Source: a virus
Lineage: Duplodnaviria > Caudoviricetes
IMG/VR virus record: IMGVR_UViG_3300027969_000100
Coordinates: 1 to 63,719 of that record
DNA length: 63,719 bases
Strand: one strand, 5' to 3'
The position numbers and the translations under genes are program-made. Positions 1-8,956 of the stretch are shown here, piece by piece (within the stretch, counting starts at the first letter, position 1; each line of letters begins with the position of its first letter). Under the pieces are notes generated by a model, which saw nothing but the letters and a program-made list of their open reading frames with translations, had not been told where the DNA came from and searched no databases.

Positions 1-127
1 ACAACAGATACCTTATATATTGGAAATCCCTCTGTTGCTAATACTACTGATATTGAAATTTGGAATCCTAGAGATGGATATTTAAGATTTGCTACCAACA
101 ACACCGAACGAATGCGCATCACTTCGG
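1..127. repeat. 127-bp exact direct repeat, copy 1 (copy 2 at 59742-59868)
   Basis: ACAACAGATACC...GCGCATCACTTCGG is identical at both positions; the sequences diverge immediately after (TAG vs GGG). Confidence 0.97.
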
Positions 128-618
128 TAGGCAATACTCAGCCAGGGGCTGATAATGCCTATTCGCTAGGAGTCAGCGGTACACGATGGTCAGCAGTATG
201 GGCAGCAAATGGCACTATTCAAACATCAGATGTGAGAGAAAAAAAGGATATTATTGATTCAGATTTAGGCTTAGGGTTTATCACCAAATTAAGACCTGTT
301 TCATTCAAGTGGAAGGTGGGTCAAAATGTAGTGACTAGCCAAGTTGTAAAAGATGAGGAAGGCAATTCTATTTTAGATGAAGAAGGTATTGAAAAAACCG
401 AGTCTGTACTAATTCCAAGAAAAGGCAAAAGAACTCATTATGGTTTGATTGCTCAGGAAGTGGAGGAAGTATTGGATGGTAAAGACTTTGGCGGGTTTAT
501 TCACGATGAAGAAACAGATACAAAGGGCTTGAGATATGACCAATTCGTTCCACTTTTGATTAAATCAATACAGGAATTGAATGAGAAAATCGTTATATTA
601 GAGTCTAAACTAAAATGA
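1..618 (+). CDS. Tail fibre C-terminus variant A with intramolecular chaperone (peptidase S74-like) domain; in-frame continuation of the 55890 gene if the genome is circular
   Basis: Frame is open from base 1 (TTDTLYIGN...). Contains TSDxRxK cleavage motif, LRPVSFKWK, HYGLIAQEV, LRYDQFVPLLIKSIQEL. Confidence 0.85.
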   Translation, partial: TTDTLYIGNPSVANTTDIEIWNPRDGYLRFATNNTERMRITSVGNTQPGADNAYSLGVSGTRWSAVWAANGTIQTSDVREKKDIIDSDLGLGFITKLRPVSFKWKVGQNVVTSQVVKDEEGNSILDEEGIEKTESVLIPRKGKRTHYGLIAQEVEEVLDGKDFGGFIHDEETDTKGLRYDQFVPLLIKSIQELNEKIVILESKLK

Positions 619-619
619 T

Positions 620-1075
620 ATGACAAAGGATTTAGGCATCTATACGATTTATTCTGATGGCAAAGTTTATTCAAACAAGAGTAAAAAGTTTATAAAGCCA
701 CACATTGAAAATGGATATTATAGGATTGGACTATATATTGATAGCAAACCAAAAACCTATAAACTTCATAGATTGATAGGTGAATGCTTTATAGAAAAGC
801 CTGATGGCAAGAATCAAATCAATCATAAGGATTGCAACAAACTCAATAATGATGTATCTAATTTGGAATGGTGCAACAATAGCGAGAATCAATTACACGC
901 TTATAAAAATGGTTTGAATGTCAGCATTCATAAAAAATTAGTCTTGGATTTAGAGACAGGGGTTTATTATGATTCTGCTACTGAATTAGCAAACCTATTA
1001 GGCATGAATAGAGTCACACTAATCGGTAGATTGAACGGAAATCGTCACGAATTAAAAAGGTATAAATACGCATAA
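620..1075 (+). CDS. HNH homing endonuclease
   Basis: HRLIGECFI...INHKDCNKLNNDVSNLEW HNH motif; AT-rich. Confidence 0.85.
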   Translation: MTKDLGIYTIYSDGKVYSNKSKKFIKPHIENGYYRIGLYIDSKPKTYKLHRLIGECFIEKPDGKNQINHKDCNKLNNDVSNLEWCNNSENQLHAYKNGLNVSIHKKLVLDLETGVYYDSATELANLLGMNRVTLIGRLNGNRHELKRYKYA

Positions 1076-1092
1076 CTTAAAAAACAAATCAA

Positions 1093-1161
1093 ATGAAAAT
1101 CACGCTAACAGAAGACCAAATCAAAATGCTAGAAGCATGGGCCGGGATGTCCTTCATTTAA
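1093..1161 (+). pseudogene. Deleted, truncated homolog of the 46-aa ORF at 60401-60541
   Basis: MKITLTEDQIKMLEAWA-GMSFI* versus MKITLTEDQIKMLEAWAQELPTKYGMSFIQF...; 21-nt deletion plus early stop. Confidence 0.7.
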
Positions 1162-1168
1162 ATATACT

Positions 1169-1405
1169 ATGGGAAATATTAATTCATACTCAACTGACAA
1201 TGCAGTATCCTACAACGACAAGTTGATAGGTACTGATGCTGAGGACAGCAACAAGACTAAGAACTTTACTATCGGAAGTATTCTATCTATGCCTCTACCA
1301 AGTGTGCCTGTCTACGCTAACAATGCAGCGGCTATTGCAGCAGGGCTTGTTGTTGGACGTGTATACAGAATCACAGGGACAGGAAATCTAGGGATAGTGT
1401 TCTAA
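1169..1405 (+). CDS. Small virion protein sharing the N-terminal anchor motif of the tail fibre
   Basis: NDKLIGTDAEDSNKTKNFTIGSI resembles NDLLIGTDVENLNITKNFSIGDI at the start of the 55890 ORF. Confidence 0.6.
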   Translation: MGNINSYSTDNAVSYNDKLIGTDAEDSNKTKNFTIGSILSMPLPSVPVYANNAAAIAAGLVVGRVYRITGTGNLGIVF

Positions 1406-1431
1406 ACACCTTCCCAATTAAATTTAATCTA

Positions 1432-1659
1432 ATGGACATAAGAAAGATATCGGTAGGCCCAGATTACAAGGGCAGCTCAATGCATTACATTGTGGGGCAG
1501 AAGGTTCTAGGTGACAGCCATGAGATTCATCTCATCAAGTTTGTCATAGACACAGGATCAATTAGGATTTATATTATAAACGATAAGCAGGAGGTGGTAA
1601 TGTGGAAGGAATTCAACTATACCATGCCTATTGCAATTGAATACAATATAAACTACTAA
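1432..1659 (+). CDS. Hypothetical phage protein
   Basis: ORF with A-rich leader; its stop overlaps the next start (TAATG). Confidence 0.7.
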   Translation: MDIRKISVGPDYKGSSMHYIVGQKVLGDSHEIHLIKFVIDTGSIRIYIINDKQEVVMWKEFNYTMPIAIEYNINY

Positions 1660-2222
1660 TGCAGTCTCCATTTGATTTTATCGTAACACCTGTGAAGGGT
1701 GAGCGGTATAACAACACCAAGGATATTGGTGGCATTGAGTTTATTGTCAACACATCAGAGGAGGATCACAAGTTCTCCAACAGATATGGTGAGGTGATTG
1801 AGGTGCCATACGGATACGATGGTCCTATTCAGGTAGGCGATACACTACTAGTACACCACAATGCCTTCAAGTTCTACAACGATATTAGGGGTAGGCGTAA
1901 GAGCGGTCGGGCATTTTTTAGAGACGATAAGTTCTTCATTGAGCCTGATCAGTTTTTCATGTACCGTAGAAACGGCACGTGGAACACCTATGACAGGTAC
2001 TGCTTTGTGAAGCCAATCCTTGCAATTGATTCGTATATTAAGAAGCCATTCACTCACGAGCCACTAATGGGTGAGATGGTGTACCCTAATGCATACCTTG
2101 TATCTCAAGGCGTGAAAGCTGGGGACATGGTCTGCTTCAAGCCTGACAGTGAGTATGAGTTTGATGTGGATGGAGAGAAGCTGTACAGGATGTATGACCA
2201 CCAGATAACCATCAAGCTATGA
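1659..2222 (+). CDS. GroES-like protein, probably two tandem GroES-like domains
   Basis: Two segments with the GroES pattern: FIVTP...GEVIEVP...IQVGDTLLV and CFVKP...GEMVY...VKAGDMVCF...EFDVDGEKLYRM. Confidence 0.55.
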   Translation: MQSPFDFIVTPVKGERYNNTKDIGGIEFIVNTSEEDHKFSNRYGEVIEVPYGYDGPIQVGDTLLVHHNAFKFYNDIRGRRKSGRAFFRDDKFFIEPDQFFMYRRNGTWNTYDRYCFVKPILAIDSYIKKPFTHEPLMGEMVYPNAYLVSQGVKAGDMVCFKPDSEYEFDVDGEKLYRMYDHQITIKL

Positions 2223-2503
2223 GAGAGATAAAGCTAAAGATAATTGAGGCAGGGCACCAGGCTGTAGAGCAGCTTATTATGGTGGCTAAAGAGGCGATCA
2301 TCAAGCATGACAATGAGGATGAGCTATCTGCTGACAGATTAAAGAATGCCGCAGCTACAAAGAAGTTAGCCATCTTTGATGCGTTTGAGATTCTCAATAG
2401 GATAGAGGCTGAGCGTGAAGCTCTTGAGATGTTGGATAAGGGAGTTAACAGAACAGAAACCAAACAAGGATTTGCAGAGCGAAGGTCTATATCGAATCGT
2501 TAA
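2219..2503 (+). CDS. Putative terminase small subunit
   Basis: Small helical protein immediately upstream of, and overlapping, TerL. Confidence 0.6.
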   Translation: MREIKLKIIEAGHQAVEQLIMVAKEAIIKHDNEDELSADRLKNAAATKKLAIFDAFEILNRIEAEREALEMLDKGVNRTETKQGFAERRSISNR

Positions 2504-4709
2504 GGACTACGTTCCTCAGAATGCTCTTAGTAAGAAGAACAGCGGAAGGACATGGCTGTACGGTTACAATGAGCAGTACGACATGGTCGTTATATCTAGG
2601 ACCGGAGAGATAGGTGATATCATAAATATCTCAGGGCTATGTATTGCCTTGCCTAAGGCACCTAAAGAATGCTTCTCAAGGAGCAAGAGCGTTAGGGATC
2701 AGTACTGGGAGAGACAGGAGCTACCAAAGGAGCTATCAAAGATACAGTCAATCTTCCACTGGAATGAGATGCCTGCTGAGTTTAAGGACAGCTGGGTAGA
2801 CTACATTGAGGAGGAGTTCAATAGGCGTGAGGATGGCATGTGGTTCATGAATGATGGTGCACCAACGTACATGACAGGATCTCACTACATGTACTTGCAG
2901 TGGTCTAGCATTGACGTAGGGTATGCAGACTATCGTGAAGCCAACAGGATATTCTTTATTTTCTGGGAGGCATGTAAGGCAGACATGAGAGCATTTGGTA
3001 TGATCTATCTAAAGATTAGACGTTCAGGGTTCTCGTTCATGTCATCATCAGAGTGCGTTAACATAGCCACTCTTGCTCGTGACTCTCGTGTTGGTATACT
3101 ATCTAAGACAGGTGCTGATGCTAAGAAGATGTTCACTGACAAGGTGGTACCAATTAATAGCAGGCTACCATTCTTCTTCAGACCTATCATGGATGGTATG
3201 GACAAGCCAAAGACTGAACTTGCGTACCGAGTACCAGCATCTAAGATCACTAAGAAGAACATGGCCACTGTCGGAGACAATGATGTGCTTGGCCTTGATA
3301 CCACAATTGACTGGAAGAACACTGAGGAGAACTCTTACGATGGTGAGAAGCTACTATTCTTGGCACATGATGAGAGTGCTAAGTGGACTAAGCCAAACAA
3401 TATACTCAACAACTGGAGGGTAACCAAGACCTGTCTCAGGGTGGGTAGTAAGATTATAGGCAAGTGCATGATGGGATCTACATCGAATGCATTGAGCAAG
3501 GGTGGAGATAACTACAAGAAGCTATACGAGGACTCAAATGTATTAAACAGGAATGCGAATGGACAGACTAAGAGTGGACTATACTCTCTATTTATACCGA
3601 TGGAGTGGAACATGGAGGGATTCATTGATAGGTACGGTATGCCTGTACTTAGAAAGCCTGCTGCTCCTATTCTGGGTGTTGACAACCAGATGATTCGTAA
3701 CGGGGCTATAGACTACTGGGAGGCTGAGGTGGACTCATTGAAGAATGATGCCGATGCCCTCAACGAGTTCTATCGTCAGTTCCCTCGTACGGAGAGCCAT
3801 GCATTCAGGGACGAGAGTAAGTCATCCATATTTAATTTGACCAAGATCTATCAGCAGATAGACTACAACGACTCCATGATTGAGGGGCAGATGGTTACAC
3901 GTGGTGGGTTTCATTGGAAGGATGGTGAGAAGGACACTAAGGTTATATGGACACCTGACCAGCGTGGCAGGTTCTTAATTAGCTGGGTTCCTCCTACTAA
4001 TATGCAGAACAATGTGATAACCAGGAATGGAATGAAGTACCCTGGGAATGAACACCTTGGTTCGTTTGGCTGTGACCCATACGATATCTCTGCCGTAGTA
4101 GGTGGGAGAGGATCTAATGGTGCATTGCATGGTATGACTAAGTACCACATGGACGATGCTCCTGCCAACCAGTTCTTCTTAGAGTACATTGCTAGACCAC
4201 AGACTGCTGAGATATTCTTTGAGGATGTGCTGATGGCATGTATCTTTTATGGTATGCCAGTGCTTGCTGAGAACAACAAGGCACGTATACTGTACCACTT
4301 TAAGAACAGGGGCTACAGAGCGTTCTCATTGAACAGGCCCGATAGGGTGCTAAATAAGCTCAGTAAGACAGAGCGAGAGCTTGGGGGTATACCTAACTCA
4401 AGTGAAGAAGTTAAGCAGGCCCACGCCTCTGCAATTGAGTCGTACATAGAGAAGTTCGTTGGGTTCGATATGACATCTACTTATAGACCTGCTGATGAGA
4501 TAGGCACCATGCCATTCATTAGAACACTTGAGGACTGGGCTAAGTTTGATATTAATGATAGAACAAAGCATGATGCATCAATCAGTTCGGGGTTAGCTAT
4601 AATGGCAAATCAAAAACATGTATATTTACCAGATAAAAAAGAACCGAAAATTAGTGTTAATTTCGCGAAGTACGCTAACACTGGAAATCAAAGTCAAATT
4701 ATTAGATGA
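2472..4709 (+). CDS. terL: Terminase large subunit (start uncertain; TTG 2472 preferred)
   Basis: Walker A-like KIRRSGFS, Walker B LAHDE, GSTSN coupling motif, RNase H-like nuclease FGCDPYD and HDASISSGLA. Confidence 0.9.
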   Translation: MQSEGLYRIVKDYVPQNALSKKNSGRTWLYGYNEQYDMVVISRTGEIGDIINISGLCIALPKAPKECFSRSKSVRDQYWERQELPKELSKIQSIFHWNEMPAEFKDSWVDYIEEEFNRREDGMWFMNDGAPTYMTGSHYMYLQWSSIDVGYADYREANRIFFIFWEACKADMRAFGMIYLKIRRSGFSFMSSSECVNIATLARDSRVGILSKTGADAKKMFTDKVVPINSRLPFFFRPIMDGMDKPKTELAYRVPASKITKKNMATVGDNDVLGLDTTIDWKNTEENSYDGEKLLFLAHDESAKWTKPNNILNNWRVTKTCLRVGSKIIGKCMMGSTSNALSKGGDNYKKLYEDSNVLNRNANGQTKSGLYSLFIPMEWNMEGFIDRYGMPVLRKPAAPILGVDNQMIRNGAIDYWEAEVDSLKNDADALNEFYRQFPRTESHAFRDESKSSIFNLTKIYQQIDYNDSMIEGQMVTRGGFHWKDGEKDTKVIWTPDQRGRFLISWVPPTNMQNNVITRNGMKYPGNEHLGSFGCDPYDISAVVGGRGSNGALHGMTKYHMDDAPANQFFLEYIARPQTAEIFFEDVLMACIFYGMPVLAENNKARILYHFKNRGYRAFSLNRPDRVLNKLSKTERELGGIPNSSEEVKQAHASAIESYIEKFVGFDMTSTYRPADEIGTMPFIRTLEDWAKFDINDRTKHDASISSGLAIMANQKHVYLPDKKEPKISVNFAKYANTGNQSQIIR

Positions 4710-5372
4710 ATGGCCTGTATCTACAGACACATACGAAAAGATTTAAACGTACCATTTTACGTTGGGATAGGTAAAAACTTGAATCGAGCTTACTCAAAGT
4801 CTCACAGGAATAATCATTGGTTGTCTATAGTTCAGAAGACAGAATACGATGTTCACATTGTTTTTGATGAGATTGATTACGAATTTGCAAAAGAGAAAGA
4901 AAAAGAGTTTATTGATTTGTACAAAAGAAAAGTTGATGGTGGAACTCTTTGCAATATCACTAAGGGTGGAGATGGAGTCCTTGGAATAGTACATAGTGAG
5001 GAAGCCAGAAAAAAAATGGGTGAGCCAAATAAAGGCAAGACTATTTCAGAGTGGCATAGAAAAAGAATATCTGAGTTTCATACAGGAAAAGTAGTTGCTA
5101 AACAGACAAAAGAAAAGATGTCTGAAAAAATGTCTGGAGAAAACAACCACAGATATGGGGTAAATGCTTCTGAAGAAACAAAAAATAAAATGAGTGCTTC
5201 TGCAAGAAAAGGAGAGGATAATCATTCTTCTAAATTAATTGCATCAGACATATTAGAAATAAAAAAAATGAGTTCAGAAGGAATGAGCCAAAGAAAAATA
5301 GCTTTAAAATTTAATGTTACTAAGACTGCTATTTCTCGTATCATAAAAGGAATTACTTGGAAACACGTATAG
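4710..5372 (+). CDS. GIY-YIG homing endonuclease with NUMOD3-like repeats and C-terminal HTH
   Basis: CIYRH...FYVGIG...RAY, LCNITKGGDG, repeated HSEEARKKM/SEETKNKMS; free-standing between terL and portal. Confidence 0.85.
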   Translation: MACIYRHIRKDLNVPFYVGIGKNLNRAYSKSHRNNHWLSIVQKTEYDVHIVFDEIDYEFAKEKEKEFIDLYKRKVDGGTLCNITKGGDGVLGIVHSEEARKKMGEPNKGKTISEWHRKRISEFHTGKVVAKQTKEKMSEKMSGENNHRYGVNASEETKNKMSASARKGEDNHSSKLIASDILEIKKMSSEGMSQRKIALKFNVTKTAISRIIKGITWKHV

Positions 5373-5373
5373 A

Positions 5374-7809
5374 ATGAAAGATGTCGTAGTTAATATATCC
5401 TCAACTGCATTTCCTAGTCAGTTTGTATCTGATGCTGAGAAAGCATCTCCAGAGTATGGACTACAAGTGGGCCAGAGCATACAGTACGAATGGTTCCGCA
5501 AAGATGGCAGCAATTGCAGATACTATAATCAGTGGGCTGAGTTTCATCGCTTGCGTTTGTACGCACGTGGTGAGCAGTCCATTCAGAAATATAAGAATGA
5601 GTTAGCCGTAGATGGTGACTTGTCTTACTTAAATCTAGACTGGACTCCTGTACCTATCCTACCTAAGTTTGTGGATATTGTCGTTAACGGCATGAATGAC
5701 AGACTGTTTAAGGTTAAGGCATACGCACAGGATGCGATGTCTCAGGCAAAGCGTAGTAAGTATCAGGACATGATTGAGAGCCAGATGCTTGCTAAGGATC
5801 TTCTTTCTAAGATACAGCAGGAGACTGGCGTTGACCCATTTGTAACTAACCCAGAGGAGCTGCCTCAGACTGATGAGGAGCTATCACTATACATGCAGCT
5901 TAAGTATAAGCCTGCGATTGAGATAGCTGAAGAGGAGGCTATCAATACAATTTTTGATGAGAACCACTACCAGGATACACGCAAGCGTATTGACTATGAC
6001 CTTGCAGTAATTGGTATAGGTATTGCTAGGCATCAGTTCCTGCTAGGTTCTGGTGTCGATGTGTCCTATGTTGACCCAGCGAATGTTGTGTACAGCTACA
6101 CTGAGGACCCATTCTTTCAAGACTGCTTCTATTGGGGAGAGATAAAGACTCTTCCTATTACAGAGCTTTTAAAGATTGACCCAACTCTTAAAAATGAGCA
6201 GCTAGAAGAAATATCTAAGTACTCTCAGAGCTGGTATGACTACTACAATGTGGCTAGGTTCTATGAGAACAGTATGTTCAGTAGAGACACCTGCACACTA
6301 CTTTACTTCAACTACAAGACCACTAAGAAGATGGTCTACAAGAAGAAGATTCTTGAGGGGGGTGGTACTCGTGTTATAGAGAAGGATGACAAGTTTAATC
6401 CTCCTGTAGAGATGATGGAGGAAGGGAAGTTTGAGAAGTTGGAGAAGACAATTGACGTTTGGTATGATGGTGTAATGGTGATGGGCACTAACTTCTTATT
6501 GAAGTGGGAGATGTCAGAGAACATGGTTAGACCAAAGTCTTCATCTCAGCATGCTATACCAAACTATGTAGCGGTAGCACCACGGATGTACAAGGGTGCC
6601 ATTGAGTCGTTGGTGAGAAGGATGATACCTTTCGCTGACTTGATTCAGTTGACTCACCTGAAGCTACAGCAGGTCATTGCACGTACTGTACCTGATGGGG
6701 TGTTCATTGATGCAGATGGATTGAATGAGGTTGACTTGGGAACAGGAGCGGCTTACAACCCGGAGGATGCGCTAAGACTATACTTCCAGACAGGTAGTGT
6801 TATTGGTCGAAGCTATACTCAGGATGGTGAGTTCAACAATGCACGAGTTCCTATTACACAGCTTACGTCTAACTCAGGTGCTGCTAAGACTCAGATGTTG
6901 ATTGCTAACTACAATCACTATCTAGACATGATTCGTTCTGTTACTGGTCTTAATGAGGCTAGGGATGGATCTAATCCTGACCCTAATGCATTGGTTGGTG
7001 TACAGAAGCTTGCAGCTCTTAACTCAAACACAGCGACTAGACACATCCTTGAGAGTGGTCTATTTATCTATAGGTCTCTTGCTGAGGCACTTACATATCG
7101 TGTTGCTGATATTCTTCAGTACGCTGACTTTAAGGATGACTTCGCTAATAAGATTGGTAAGTACAATGTGTCCATCTTAAATGACATTAAGGATCTGTAC
7201 ATCTATGACTTTGGTATCTTCATTGAGATTTCTCCAGACGAGGAGCAGAGAGCACAGCTAGAGGCCAACGTACAGATGGCATTGTCCAAGGGTGATATTA
7301 ATCTTGAGGATGCTATTGACATCAGAGAACTTAAGAACCTTAAGCTTGCCAACCAGCTACTTAAGATGAAGAGAGTTAAGAAGCAGGAGAGAGAAGAGAA
7401 GATGATGATGCAGAAGCAGGACATGATGGCTCAGCAGCAGATGCAGTCTCAAGAGTTCGCTGCTCAGGCAGCTATGCAACAGCTCCAGTTGGATACCCAA
7501 TCTAAGATGCAGATTAAGCAGGCAGAGGTGGCGTTCGATATTGAGAAGCTAAAGGCAGAGGCAGAGCTTAAGAGAATGTTGATGGCTGAAGAGTTTAATT
7601 ATCAGATGCAGATTGCTGGTGTCAAGGAGACCGCACTTGCTGATAGAGATACAATGAAGGAGGAATCTAAAGCTAAGCGAATCAGTCAGCAGAATTCTGA
7701 GCAGTCTAAGTTGATTAATCAGAGGAAGAATAACTTACCTCCATTAAGCTTTGAGTCTAACGAGGACACACTTGATGGGTTTGATATGGCACAGTTTGAG
7801 CCACGTTAA
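5374..7809 (+). CDS. Portal protein
   Basis: 811 aa, follows TerL, long Q/M-rich C-terminal coiled coil typical of podovirus portals. Confidence 0.8.
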   Translation: MKDVVVNISSTAFPSQFVSDAEKASPEYGLQVGQSIQYEWFRKDGSNCRYYNQWAEFHRLRLYARGEQSIQKYKNELAVDGDLSYLNLDWTPVPILPKFVDIVVNGMNDRLFKVKAYAQDAMSQAKRSKYQDMIESQMLAKDLLSKIQQETGVDPFVTNPEELPQTDEELSLYMQLKYKPAIEIAEEEAINTIFDENHYQDTRKRIDYDLAVIGIGIARHQFLLGSGVDVSYVDPANVVYSYTEDPFFQDCFYWGEIKTLPITELLKIDPTLKNEQLEEISKYSQSWYDYYNVARFYENSMFSRDTCTLLYFNYKTTKKMVYKKKILEGGGTRVIEKDDKFNPPVEMMEEGKFEKLEKTIDVWYDGVMVMGTNFLLKWEMSENMVRPKSSSQHAIPNYVAVAPRMYKGAIESLVRRMIPFADLIQLTHLKLQQVIARTVPDGVFIDADGLNEVDLGTGAAYNPEDALRLYFQTGSVIGRSYTQDGEFNNARVPITQLTSNSGAAKTQMLIANYNHYLDMIRSVTGLNEARDGSNPDPNALVGVQKLAALNSNTATRHILESGLFIYRSLAEALTYRVADILQYADFKDDFANKIGKYNVSILNDIKDLYIYDFGIFIEISPDEEQRAQLEANVQMALSKGDINLEDAIDIRELKNLKLANQLLKMKRVKKQEREEKMMMQKQDMMAQQQMQSQEFAAQAAMQQLQLDTQSKMQIKQAEVAFDIEKLKAEAELKRMLMAEEFNYQMQIAGVKETALADRDTMKEESKAKRISQQNSEQSKLINQRKNNLPPLSFESNEDTLDGFDMAQFEPR

Positions 7810-7818
7810 AAAAAAATA

Positions 7819-7826
7819 TATATTTG
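7819..7826 (+). promoter_or_regulatory. Bacteroidota -7 promoter element TAnnTTTG (others at 11818, 46167, 46622, 47012, 51319, 52040, 53094, 55863)
   Basis: Nine TAnnTTTG matches, each just upstream of a + strand gene start and several directly after a terminator. Confidence 0.7.
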
Positions 7827-7845
7827 TAACATAAAATCTAATTAA

Positions 7846-8937
7846 ATGGAAATCAAAGTAAGATCACTAGATGGGATTGAGCCAAAGAGTGTACAAGAAG
7901 TAGAGAAAGAGCTCCTTGAAAAACATGAAAGGGAGATTAGCGGTGAAGTACAGTTGGATACTTCTAGTATTGACAATGCAGTTCAAGACAGTGCTCCTCA
8001 AGAGGAGGAGTTATCTGAAGAAAAAGTTCTTTCATATATTGGAAAAAGATACAATAAGCAAATCAATTCATTTGATGAGTTGATGGATCAGAGACAGAGC
8101 AATGAAGAATTGCCTGAGGATGTTGCAGCTTATTTGAATTATAAGAAGGATACTGGTAGAGGCTTTGATGATTTCCTAAAGCTTAGGAAGGACTACGATG
8201 CTATGGACCAGAATCAACTTCTTAAAGAGTACCTTGCAGATACACAGCAGAATCTAGACGATGAGGACATTGAAGTCTTGATGGAGGATTACACCTACGA
8301 TGAGGACCTAGATGATGAGTCAAAGATTAAGCATGTAAAGATTGCAAGAAAGAAAGCTATTGCCGAAGCGAAAAAATACTTCAATTCTCAGAAAGATAAA
8401 TATAAGCTTCCGCTTGAGTCAAGTGGTATGGGCTTATCTCCAGAAGAGAAAGAAGAATTCGAGGCTTATCGTCAGTATACAAAACAGTCAAAGACTGTAG
8501 AGGAGGAAGGTAATCGGAAGCGTAAGTGGTTCGACCAAAAGACAGATGAAGTTTTTAGTAAAGACTTCAAAGGATTTGAGTTCGACATTAACGATAAAAA
8601 GATTTTATTTACTCCGGCATCTGGTTCAGAATTAAAGAGTGCTCAGTCAAGTCCATTAAACTTTGTTAATAAGTTCTTGGATGACAGTGGACTAATTAAG
8701 GATGCAGCTGGATACCACAGGTCTTTGTCTATCGCAATGAATCCTGAGAAGTTTGCCAAGTTCTTTTATGAGCAAGGGCAAGCGGATGCTACCGATGATG
8801 TTTTACGTAAGACCAAAAATATAAATATGTCTGAGCGTAGAGCTCCTGAGGTTGTTAATAAGGGTGGAATGCAGGTGAAGGCGATTGCGCCAGACTCTGG
8901 AAGGGGTCTAAAAATCCGCAGTATTAAAAAAATCTAA
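7846..8937 (+). CDS. Putative capsid scaffolding protein
   Basis: Highly acidic helical protein between portal and capsid genes. Confidence 0.65.
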   Translation: MEIKVRSLDGIEPKSVQEVEKELLEKHEREISGEVQLDTSSIDNAVQDSAPQEEELSEEKVLSYIGKRYNKQINSFDELMDQRQSNEELPEDVAAYLNYKKDTGRGFDDFLKLRKDYDAMDQNQLLKEYLADTQQNLDDEDIEVLMEDYTYDEDLDDESKIKHVKIARKKAIAEAKKYFNSQKDKYKLPLESSGMGLSPEEKEEFEAYRQYTKQSKTVEEEGNRKRKWFDQKTDEVFSKDFKGFEFDINDKKILFTPASGSELKSAQSSPLNFVNKFLDDSGLIKDAAGYHRSLSIAMNPEKFAKFFYEQGQADATDDVLRKTKNINMSERRAPEVVNKGGMQVKAIAPDSGRGLKIRSIKKI

Positions 8938-8956
8938 CAACTAAACACACAAAAAA

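Noticed and set aside
1-127. 127-bp repeat as a physical direct terminal repeat
   Set aside because: It lies mid-gene, its length matches a common assembler k-mer, and the sequence continues past copy 2.
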